Origin: a virus | Lineage: Duplodnaviria; Caudoviricetes | DNA: 59,826 nucleotides | Strand: one strand, 5' to 3' | Virus record (IMG/VR): IMGVR_UViG_3300021197_000662 | Location: 1 to 59,826 of that record | Part shown: positions 1-11,300 of the stretch, in pieces | Layout of the letters: each line of letters starts with the position of its first letter | Numbering within the stretch: the stretch's first letter is position 1 | Position numbers and translations under genes: made by a program | Notes under the pieces: model-generated | Databases searched by the model: none | What the model was told of the DNA's origin: nothing | Seen by the model: the letters and a program-made list of their open reading frames with translations, nothing else

Positions 1-2
1 TT

Positions 3-233
3 GGCCGGGATATTCAGGCAGAAAAACAAGCTGGTCTGGATATTGCTTATGAAGATTTTGTACGTCAGCGGGATTATGACCGCGAACAGTTACAGTTCTA
101 TTCATCCATTCTTAGAGGTGTACCTGTCCAACCTTCAACAGAAACAACCAAACTTCAATCTTATAACCCTATCCAGCAATTGCTTGGAACGGGCGTTTCA
201 GCCTTAGGATTATATAAAGGTATGGGCGGCTAA
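3..233 (+). CDS. C-terminal part of DNA pilot/ejection (internal virion) protein; N-terminus at 59367
   Basis: Frame 3 reads GRDIQAEKQAGLDIAYEDFVRQRDYDREQLQFYSSILRGVP...LLGTGVSALGLYKGMGG*, typical of the end of Q/G-rich pilot proteins; not in ORF track. Confidence 0.75.
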   Translation, partial: GRDIQAEKQAGLDIAYEDFVRQRDYDREQLQFYSSILRGVPVQPSTETTKLQSYNPIQQLLGTGVSALGLYKGMGG

Positions 234-236
234 TTA

Positions 237-2303
237 ATGAACATTATAGACATCCAAGACAGCCTCAAGGACTTCTCTGAAAACCAGCTTATCAAAGAGA
301 TGCAGATGCCTTCTGGCAACGCTCCGCAGTTTCTTGTACTTAGCGAAATACAGCGCCGCAAGCGCGTCAGAGACGACTTCTCTAAGCGTCAGGCAGCAGC
401 AGAGCCAACTGTGGCTGAAGAGGCTCTAGCGGCCTCTGGTGTGCCTGTGAGTGGTATAGCTGGTATGTCAGAAGCTATGGCTCCTCAAAGCGCTGCATCA
501 GAGGGCATAGGTACTATCATGCCTCAAGCCATGCGCCCGCAAGCGCCACCGGCTGCGCCTGTCCCAGATGATGTTGCTATGGGTATGAGGTCTGGTGGTC
601 TAATGTCATATGGCGAAGAACTTTCAAGCCGCATGTCTGACGACAAGATTGATCCATTCCTAGATGAGGTCGAGCAAATGGCAGATAGTCGTTTTGGCTT
701 GTCCTCAGGAACTGAACCTACATATCGAATGCACAGTGCTGGCCAAGCATCATTCGATTTCCAACCAAAAATCGATTTTGATAATAATTCATATACACGC
801 CCAGCTCACCCAATTATGCCGCATCCGGTAAAGGGTGGGCCAATAGGGCGAATAATGCCATACGCAATGAAATCCAACCAATTCAGAGGCCCAGTGCCAG
901 TTCAAAGGTATGATGAGGGCGGTTTAATTAAGGCTCAAAATGGTCTGCCTCTTGGCTTGCGTCAAAGAAACCCCGGAAACATAAGGCCCGGTGCTGGGTT
1001 TATAGGTGAGTCAGGTGCTGATGGGGGATACGCCACATTCGGATCTGATGATGAGGGCCTAAGAGCAATACAGAGACTACTGATGACATACGGAGACAAG
1101 TATGACATTAAGACTCTTAGACAGCTTGCTAATAGATATGCGCCGCCATCAGACAACAATCCTACTGGAAATTACATAGACTTCCTTTCAGACAAGACAG
1201 GCATAGGCCCTGACGATGAGATAAATCTTGCTGAAAGCGGCTCTTCTATTATTCCTGCCATAGTTGGCTTTGAGCAGGGGCAACAGCCATACAGTCAAGC
1301 TCAGATAGATAGGGCAATCAGGGCAGCAGGAACTGATGATCCAGCAAAGGTTTCTGAAATCCTTGGGAAGCCTTTGTCAGACGACATTCTTAATCAACGA
1401 CTAGATCAAGAGCCTGATATGCTTTCCAGCCTTATGGGGGCTAATGCAGCCACTAACGATGCTATAGACCCACAGCTTATTGATAGCGGAAGATCTTCAC
1501 CGGCAGTTGTTGCAGCGGAAAGGCTAAAGAAGCTGAGAGCCATGACCGCAGACAAGGAGTCAGGTAATCAAACAACGGGTGCTGATATGCCAGCAGGAGA
1601 GCTAACAGATTTGCGTCCTGACGCTCAATTTTTTGCCACATATCAGGAAGGAAAAAGAATCGCTGAAGAACAGGCGCAAAAGGCGACAACTGCTGATCCG
1701 GACTTTGAAGTTATGCCGGTTGTGGCCGAGGTCAAAGACGATCTAGCAAACGTAGGGATTGGCAGCACCAGCGCTGTAAACGCTGCTAAGGCAGCAAAGG
1801 CGGCAAAGGCGGCTGATCAACCAAAGCTCCCTGAGCCAAACGTAGACATAAGAAATACTGGCGATTCTGATGGGGCTATATCCCTTGTTGATGAGATAAA
1901 AGCCCTTCAGGCCAAAATGGAAAAGAACAGAGAGTCTGACAAATGGCTTGCTCTTGCTCAGGCTGGGATGGCCTTGATGTCATCTAAAGAGCCTACATTG
2001 CTTGGCGCTGCTGGCGAAGCTGGCATAGCTGGTCTTTCTGCAATGAGAGAGGCAAATCAGCGTTACGAAGAAGGTGTTATAGACTTGATTAATGCGAGAG
2101 CCAAGATCCAAGGAAAAAAGACAAATAAAATGGATCTTAGCGCCAGCAATGTGGTGTCTCTTATAAATCGGCTACAAGAAGACATAGCATCAGGTTTAGT
2201 CCAAGGAGAAGCTTTGAAAAAGGCTCAACTAGAAATAATTGGGTTGAAAAGGATGCTAGAAATACCAGAGCAAACATTCGGCGCTGATCAAGCTGCATCT
2301 TAA
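237..2303 (+). CDS. Internal virion protein with lysozyme-like (NPGNIR) domain
   Basis: Central RNPGNIR...YATF...GLRA...RYAPPSDNNPT..Y..F...G...D motif; located in the internal-protein module. Confidence 0.7.
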   Translation: MNIIDIQDSLKDFSENQLIKEMQMPSGNAPQFLVLSEIQRRKRVRDDFSKRQAAAEPTVAEEALAASGVPVSGIAGMSEAMAPQSAASEGIGTIMPQAMRPQAPPAAPVPDDVAMGMRSGGLMSYGEELSSRMSDDKIDPFLDEVEQMADSRFGLSSGTEPTYRMHSAGQASFDFQPKIDFDNNSYTRPAHPIMPHPVKGGPIGRIMPYAMKSNQFRGPVPVQRYDEGGLIKAQNGLPLGLRQRNPGNIRPGAGFIGESGADGGYATFGSDDEGLRAIQRLLMTYGDKYDIKTLRQLANRYAPPSDNNPTGNYIDFLSDKTGIGPDDEINLAESGSSIIPAIVGFEQGQQPYSQAQIDRAIRAAGTDDPAKVSEILGKPLSDDILNQRLDQEPDMLSSLMGANAATNDAIDPQLIDSGRSSPAVVAAERLKKLRAMTADKESGNQTTGADMPAGELTDLRPDAQFFATYQEGKRIAEEQAQKATTADPDFEVMPVVAEVKDDLANVGIGSTSAVNAAKAAKAAKAADQPKLPEPNVDIRNTGDSDGAISLVDEIKALQAKMEKNRESDKWLALAQAGMALMSSKEPTLLGAAGEAGIAGLSAMREANQRYEEGVIDLINARAKIQGKKTNKMDLSASNVVSLINRLQEDIASGLVQGEALKKAQLEIIGLKRMLEIPEQTFGADQAAS

Positions 2304-2315
2304 AGGAGATCATAG

Positions 2316-5300
2316 ATGGCAAACGTCTATGCGGATAGCAAGCGCACTGGAAAAAGTTACCTAGTTAGTATTGCTGGGGACAGCCCAACACCACAAGAGT
2401 TAGCTGACATTGAGCGGTATGTCGATGCCGTTGAAGGCTTTGGTGCGCCTACCACAGTTCAAGAGTCTCCAGATGAGGTGGGTAATCTCATTGACTTCAC
2501 TCAAGGCGCTGCATCAGGTCTTGCAAGAAGCATTGCCGATGTTCCCGGTGGATTGGCGTCTTTAACTGCTGCTGGTTTAAGAAAATTTGTACCCGGAGAT
2601 CAGGGCGAAGACAGCATAGAGTCTTTTGGTCAAGGCATAACAGATGCTGCTCGTACCGGCATTGATTATGTTATTGGGACTCCAGACGACAACATTGCTG
2701 GAAAAGCTGGACAGGCAATAGGCTCTATTGGGTCTTACTTCCTTGGTGGTGCTGGTGTTGTCAAGGGGCTGGGGGCTTTAGGCAAAAGCGCCTCTGCACA
2801 GAGAATAGGCGGTACGGCAGCAGCGGCTACAATGGGTGTGGGTCAGGGAGCGCAAAATCAAGTAGACAGAATAGCTAGATTTATAGAGCAGGGGGGCGAA
2901 CCTACAGAAAAAGACTTAGCCATCCTAACTGGTGGCCTTATTGGGGCGACTGAGGCGCTACCTATAAGCAAAGCTTTTGGCGTAATAGCAAACATTTTCA
3001 AGAAGGTCCCGAAAGACGTAAAAGAAAGTGCAGTTAAAAAATTAATACCAAGGCTAAAGAGTGCTGCTAAGGTTGGTGGGTATGAGGCCATTCAGGAAAG
3101 CGCGGCTGCTTGGCTTCAAGACCTAACGGAGCAAGGTCTTTATAATCCTGATTTAGATATCTCTATGAGCGCTTACAAAGATGACGCTATCTATGGTGGC
3201 GGGGCTGGCGCAACCTTTAACTTCCTTCTTGAGACTGTGGCTGGCAGAAGAGTCAAAAAGGTTTTAAAGGCTCAAACTCAACTGGTATTGGATCAAAGGG
3301 AGGAGGGTGAAGAAGTTAAACAACAAGTTGAGAGGGCAAAAGGCTCTCTTAATGAGCCTGAAGCCCCTGAAGCTATAGCTGGGTTGCTTACTGGGCCAAC
3401 AGAAGAAGGCGGAGTTAAAGACACTACTGATTTTACAGTAGGCGCTGATGGCGATGCGGTGAGAGAGCGTGACGAATTTGGAAGGCCCATAGATGAATCT
3501 ACTCCTTTTGAAGATGATTTAAAGAACAATCCAAAAGAGGCAACAAAGGCCTTTAATGAAAACTTAAAGGACTTAGGACTTAATCAGGACCAAGAGCAGC
3601 AAGCCTTAGCAGAAGCCGCAAGGGAAACACAGCTTGGCGACCAGCCAGTAGATCTTTCGGAGCTTTCTGAGGGAGAGTCTGCCACTCTCAGGCAATCTCG
3701 CGTTAGAGCTGGCGTTCAGGACGTAGACGGTCCAACTAGCTTAGATGAAATCAAAGATGTACTTGGATTACCCACATACAACAGAATAGGTGCAAGGCAA
3801 AAGCCTAGAACTTGGCAGAAGGCTCTTTCTGAGGAAGAGAAATCTTTAGCCGCTGAAGACGCTGCTATTAAAGAAAAGGTTATAGACAACAAAGACGCTG
3901 CAAAAGTTTTGGTTGAGTCTGGAGAGGTCTTAAACAAAGACGGAACAGTTAACAGATTAAAGCTGCAAAAGGCTTTATCTCTTACCGTCCAGCAGGCTCA
4001 AGCGTTAATCAATAACATGAAAACAGAAGGTGTTGTTGAGCCTGTAAGCAGAACAAAGGTTAGGCCAGCTAATCCACCTACGCCCCCTACGGAGCAGCAG
4101 GAAGCCGAGAGAAGTGCAGAGACTGTCCTTAATGAGCTTACCCGAATGCGGCAAGAGCAGCAGGAGAGAATAAACGCAGCCAAGGAAGTCGGAGTCGGTA
4201 GTCAGGCTGAACAGCTTGCTATTGAGGATGCACAGAGAGCTATTGACGAGCTTGATGCAAAGATCAAAGTTCAGGAAGTAAAGCTCTCTGATGTTAGAGC
4301 GTCTGCTCCACCCAGACCATCAGCCTCTCAGGCAAGAAATAACCAAGCCCTTGTTGTTCAAGAAGAAGCTGAAGGGGCAAAGCCAACAGAAGAATACAAA
4401 AGAAGAATAAACGCTGTAGCCAATGCTTTGCGTAAGTATTTGTTTGGCCTAGGGCTGAAAGATGTTGATTTAGTAAGTCAGAATGTAATTGACTACTCAG
4501 AGACTATTAACCCTGATGGGTCGAAAGACATAAATATTACTGAGGGGTCAGAGCAGGCAGGGGAAAACGCTCGCAGGATTATCACCCTTGCCATGGAGAT
4601 ATATGATCCAAACTTGAGCGAGGCTGAGCTTGAGCAAAGACTGGCTGGCGTCCTAAACCATGAAATAATACACGCTATGAAGGGCCTAGGTCTATTCACT
4701 GATGCTGAATGGGCTAGCCTTGTTAAGGCTGCCGAGAAAAGAAAATACGCAAAGACTATTAATGGCAGAACTATTGATAGAGAATACACCTTCTTGGATA
4801 GAGCGGAGTTTATGTATCCAGAAGACACTCCTGAGTCTCAGCAAGAAGAAGCTGTAGCTGAGATGTTTAGAGCATATGCAGAGGGCCGCATCAAAGTAGG
4901 CGGCAAGCCCAAAGGCTTGTTCAGTCGCATGGTCAGGTTTATCAAGTCAATATTTAACGCACATGCCGATGCTGGGTTCACTAGCGCAGCAGAGATATTT
5001 GATGGCATCAAGTCTGGAAAGGTTGGCCGTAGACAGCGTAACATAAGAGCCGCATCAATTGCTCCTGCTGGCGCTAAATACTCAACTGCTGGGGTTCGTG
5101 GCACGAACATTCGTGCTGGCTTCTTAATTCCTGAGCGAGGAAATGTAGAGCGTATACAGCAGTCATTCAAAGATGTGACAAAGCGCATACCTCAGCTTAC
5201 TGAGGCTGCACAAAAATTGTCCGATGGTACAATTTTATATGATGAGTATGATCGCTTAGTAAATGAGTTTAAGCCAATCATTCCATATGAAACAGTTCCT

Positions 5301-8300
5301 GCTCCAGCTACAAATGAAGAAATGGAGGGAGCTTTAAAATCAAATCAAATCCCTAAACTAAACATGCTTTCAAAGGATATGGATGGTCTTGTGACTGGCA
5401 TGAGACTAGATGTAAGCGCCTATAGGGATTACGGAGTTTGGGTCCCAACTATACATCATGGGAAAAGAAGCAACGTTACAAATAAGGACGGAAAAAACCT
5501 AGCTAATTTAACTATCTCTCATCAATCAACAGGGATAATAGAGAACGCAACATTTGAAGCACCGCAGGGCAGGGCATTAGCTGTTGCTAAGGGAGCGCAG
5601 AAGGGTCCGTTTTCTACAATAGAGGGGACTTACAAACACGCCACGCCAGATCAATCTTTTGCTATCGCACAGCAAATGATGAACGACCCAACAGTTGTGC
5701 AAGTTGGCTTTGATCCTGAGCGTCATTCATATTTTTATGACCGCATGACAACACAGCCTGTAATTAGTGCTGATCTGGTTGTTCAAGTCGGACCGCTAGT
5801 TCTTGCTAAAAACCCTGTGTTTGGAAACAAGTCAGAGTTTAAATTTTCTGTACGCACTATAAGAAACATGCCGACCAACCTAATCGGCCCAATACCAATA
5901 GTGCATGACGTAAAGACCCAGTACATGAACTCTGTTGGCCTTCCGAACAGAAGGCAGGGTGAGTATGTAGAGGTTGATCTTCCGTTGGCAACTCGTATAG
6001 CCGCCGCCTTTGAAGAAGCAGAAGACAGGCCTAACGATCCAGATGTGCAAATTGCTTATCAAGCCATGGCAAACGAGACTATGGCTCAGTGGCAGTTTAT
6101 AAAAAACACCGGCCTAGATGTAGAGTTTATTAAGGAAGACATGGACAACCCTTACCCCAACGGGTCTAGGGATGTCCTTATGGACATAAGAGACAACAAT
6201 CATATGTGGGTCTTCCCCACTGATACTGGTTTTGGTCAGGCATCAATAACTGCTGAGGATGAGGCTGCCAATCCTCTTCTTGCCAAGGCAGATGAAACTG
6301 TTGATGGCATAGACATGCGTATCAATGATGTGTTCCGCATAGTGCATGATTACTTTGGTCATGGGCTAGAGGGAGCAACGTTTACAGCGCGTGGTGAAGA
6401 AAACGCTTGGCAATCTCATGTGAGGATGTATAGTCCTACAGCGGCCAAGGCTATGACTACGGAGACAAGAGGACAAAACTCTTGGGTTAACTTTGGCCCA
6501 GTTGGGGAGCAAAATAGAGAAAACCCTGCATCTACAGTGTACGCAGAACAGAAGATAACCCTTCTTCCTGATTTTGCTGTTAACGAAGGTGTAGCACCAG
6601 ACTTGGAGTCTACAAATGAGCAAGAAAGAATTAATCGAAGCATCAAAGGATCTCGTATCTCAGGAGATGCAAGGTCAGACAGAGCAAGAGTCGATAGAGT
6701 CGCAACAGGATCGGGCAATGTCAGAGGCGAGATTCCAGAGGGCCAAGAAGCTGACTTTGGAACGCCGAAGCCAACAGTTGATGAAAACGGCTTAACTCGC
6801 CTAATACATTACTCTCCTATAGTGGGGCTGGACACCATCAGCCCAAGAGAGCAATTAACAAATAACAGGATGCGTGGAGATGAGCGGGAACGTAAAGTAA
6901 AGTTCCCTAACATCTATCAAGCTAGGTCTTACTTTGGCATGAATGTCGGTGAGGCAAATGGGTACAATCAAGAGGCCACTGTAGGCAATAACGTATACGA
7001 AACTCAAGTACCAGTTGATTCATTATACGACTACGACAAAGACCCAGAAGGCTTTATTACCAAAGCGGCTAATTCCGTTGATGACAACATCATGGAAAGA
7101 ACTTGGAACAAGCCCAAGCAATTCATAACAACAACAGCCGAAAAATCCATAAAGGATGCTGGTTACTCTGGTTACTGGAGTAACTCAAGAATGGGTATGG
7201 TTGCGGCCATGTTCAATGATACTGTTGTGAAGCCAGAAGGCTCTATAGAAAAGCCCGTAAAAAGATCTGCAAGAACAGCAACCATAGATGTACCTAATGT
7301 AAATAACGTTGACGGCGCTAGGATTAGCCAAAGGTTCCCTAAAGGCGCTTCAGCGACAGAAGACCCTATAGAAGAAATACTTCAATTGGGCGCTAATGAT
7401 ATAATTAACAATCCTAAACTGCTTGCCAGAACCGCCGAGATTGTACGAGGGTACAATATAATAACTGAAGAGGAGGCAGCGTCACTTGGCGACAAGGAGT
7501 TGGTCGAAACCCTTATAGAGAGACTTTCTTCTAACCTTGAGTTTGTTTATGACAACGTCCCAGAGGCAACAAGAGAAAGATCAAAGCTTTGGTATGTCGG
7601 CGCTAACAGAATAGCAAATGAAAACGCCTTAAAGTACAGCGAAGAGTCTGGCTCCCCGGTATCTATTGAGCAAGCCGCTGCTGTAATGGCTGCTCTAAGT
7701 CCACAGAAGGACTGGTATCAGAATGTCTCTCTAGGCGAGCGGCTTATAGACATATACAAAACCAAAATGGATTTTGTGCCGACCCCTGAGATGGAAGCAA
7801 CTGCTCGAAGAATATTTCCAAAAGATGTGCATCAGCCAATGCTTGATATTATATTCATGCAGGGGAGAAACATGCCCCTTTCTGAGTACGCCGATGCGCC
7901 CCTTCTGCAAGCTATGTTTATACGATTGTATGATGAAACATATAATGACCGTGGATACTACATCGTTTCTCCTGATGGACAGAACATTGGCTGGGCCAGA
8001 AATGCAAATGGGTCTAGGTCAAGGGTTGCTTGGGGTTCTAATAAAGAGATAACAAAGGCAGTTATGGCTTTAACCAATCCTGAATCAATCTCTTCGGAAA
8101 TGGGCGACAGGCATAAGGTTAGAAACTTCTTTAATAATATAGCTGCTCCATTCTCTCAGGACGGAGATGTAACATCGGATACTCACGCTGTAGCCGCTGC
8201 TCACCTAAAGCCATTGTCTGGCTCGTCTACAGAAGTTCATCACAACTTCGGCACATCACCGGTAGCTTCAAAAAGAGATGAGAACTGGAGAGGGGCCGTT

Positions 8301-11300
8301 TCAAACTCAGCTCCTCTCGGAGTTAAGGGTACATACGCCCTTTATGTTGAGGCACACAGAAGAGCAGCAGCCAGAAGAAATGTTCTCCCTAGAGAGATGC
8401 AGTCTATAACATGGGAGGCTGTAAGGGGATTATTTACCCCAGCGTTTAAGCAAAACAAAAACAATGTTAGGATGATTGACCGTATCTGGAATGACTTCAG
8501 GTCTGGTCAGAAAACAATAGAGGAAGTAAGAGAGGAAGTTTTAAATGAAGCAGGTGACAAAGGAAGATTTCGTCCACCAAGCTGGGAAGGACCCGATAGT
8601 GGAAGCATTAGCAGCCCTGAACTTGCCGTTGACCCGACAGAACTATCTGGAAATGTCGTATCCAGAAGCAATCCCATCGATTACAGCGGAGATGGAGTCG
8701 GAACTACCGGAGGAACTCCTAATGCCGAAACAAAATATAGTAAGCGGTCGGTAAGATACGTCCCATCTTTAGAGCAAGGAACAGGACCACTCATATCAAA
8801 CAACGCCATGCTGAAGGCGTCAGAGCAATCTTACGATAGGATAACGTACAACAACGTAGCTAGAGTTCTTGGAAAACTTTACTCAAAGGTGTTTGACGAA
8901 AAGAAGGCACGGGCTTGGGAAGCTAAGACAGAACGCTTTGTGACTAAGTTTCAGGATGCAATGCTTCCTGTGGGCAAGCTTATGGACGAACTAAGGTCTG
9001 ATGGGCTTAGCATTCCAGACGCAATGGATGTCTACATGAGGGAAGAGCTTGCACAGGGCCTCATGGGCGCTAGGCTAGACGAAAACAAAGCTAATTTATA
9101 CGAGCCATTAACAGACACTATAAAGCAGATAGAAGTTGATCAGGCAAAGATTGATCAACTTGCAAACGTGTCTAGATTTTTTGAGGACGCCAGAGGGGCT
9201 TATGATCCAAAGCTAGCCATTGCTGATGCTTATCTTTATGCACTCCACGCGAAAGAAAGAAATGCATATGTTCTGGCTAGAAACAAAACAGGGCTTGGGT
9301 CAGGAATGTCAGACGGAGAGGCTGATGCGATACTAGCGTGGGTAGACTCTCTGAATGTCCAAAGCAAAAACACCTTAAACGGCATAAAAAATACCGTAGT
9401 ACAAATTGTACAGAACACAAATGACGTAAGAAGAGAAGGCGGCCTTATGGCTGAGGAGTACAGCTTCTCAAACTATGTGCCTTTGCGAGGCATACTTGAC
9501 CCAGAAGAAGACCTTTCAGAGGATCTGGATAGCGTTCCTAGGATGGGAAGAAAGAAAAGAGACAACCTTTACGGAGGCACGGCTTATCAAGACCCAAGAA
9601 TAACAACGGGTAGGGGAACTGAGTACGCTGAAGACATTATAGCAAATGTCATGGTTCAGAACTCTAGGTCTATTGTAGCGGCTGAGAGAAACAAAGTCGG
9701 TCAGGCATTCTTAAATATTATTGATCCAAAGATCATGGACCCTAATGCCGAGTATATAATGGAAAAGGATAACAGGGACGGCATAGCAATTATAGTCGAT
9801 AAAGTAACTCCTGACATGCAAGAAAATGTTCTAAAGGTAAAGGTCAATGGCAGACAAGAGCCTTACAATATTCTTATAAGAGACAACAGGGTCGCCAGAG
9901 CCATGAGAGGCGCTGGTGGGGATGGAATCGAAAGAGGCGGCGCTGTAGTCAGATATATGGCAAAGTTCAACAGATACCTCTCAAACATTAACACAACTTG
10001 GAACCCAGAGTTTGCCATCACAAACTTTTTCAGGGACTTGGAGACTGCTGGGGTAAACATAGGTCAGTACGATCAAGAGGGTATTAGCAGAGAAGTAATG
10101 AAGAACGCCGCCCCTGCCGTAAAGGGAATCCTCGCTGTCACCAGAGAAGGAGGGTTTGAGGGGTATGACAAAACAAACTGGACAGACGTATTTAATGACT
10201 TTGTTTCTGCGGGCGGAAAGAACTCTACCAACCAAGTTGATAGCGTTAAAGATCAAATGGAAAGCATCAAAAAGGTTCTTGATGAGGTTTCCAATAACAG
10301 CATAAAGGGTAAGCTGGGACTTTCTAGGAATGGCTTTCTTTATAAAATTGGCGGGTTCTTAGACGCTTACAACACGGCTGTTGAAAATGGAGTCCGAGTT
10401 GCAACATATCATGCCCTGTTAAAGAGAGGGTTTAGCAAAGACAGAGCAGCTCAAGCAGCCAGAAACGTAACAGTAAACTTTGCAAAGCAGGGGGAAGAAA
10501 AAGCCCTTATGAATGCTTTGTTCCTTTTCTACAATGCATCAGTGCAAGGATCTATGGCCCTGTTTAACGCTGGCATAAGGTCATCAAAGGTACGCAATAT
10601 ATGGGGGGGGATGATTATTGCTGGCGTCCTATTGGATCAATTTGCCGCTGCGGCTTCAGGAGACGAAGACGAGGACGGTGTAAGCGACTACGATGAGCTA
10701 GGTCAGTACACTCTTGAGCATAACATAATATTCCCTACATTTGGGCTTGTGGAACAAAAGTTTTTAAAAATACCTTTAGGGTACGGGCTTAACACGGCAG
10801 TCAATCTAGGTCGATCCATGAGCAGGGTTCAGCGCGGAGAGTACACCCCTGCTGAAGGCTTTAACTCTACATTTGGCACATTAGCAGAATCTCTTAACCC
10901 TCTAGGGGACACTAATTGGGAAAATGCATTAATACCTACTGTAGGCGATCCGTTTATAAGCTTAGCTGTAAACAAAGACTACAAAGGCGACCCTATCGTA
11001 AAGGAAGCATCTCCCTTTGGTGTCCAGAAGCCAGACAGCCAACTGTACTGGTCTAACACAAGCGCACTATTCAAGGGTATAGCTAGGGCTGTCAATTCTG
11101 GCACAGGCGGCACAGAGATAACCCCCGGAATGATAGACATTTCGCCAGAAACGATAGACTTCTGGGCGCAATACTTTACTGGCGCAGCAGGAGCATTTGC
11201 TCTTAGGACTGCTGAGTCTCCCTCAAAGACAATTGAGTCATTCAGAGGCGACCTTGAAGGTGATCTAATAAGGGAAATACCATTTGCCAGAAAGCTATTC

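Noticed and set aside
1-207. 68-aa frame-1 ORF in the track
   Set aside because: Shadow of the frame-3 pilot-protein C-terminus (3-233), which has the expected motifs.
7774-8052. Third +1-frame ORF inside the giant gene
   Set aside because: No SD, Cys/Met/Leu-rich off-frame composition, and it overlaps a conserved domain rather than a linker.
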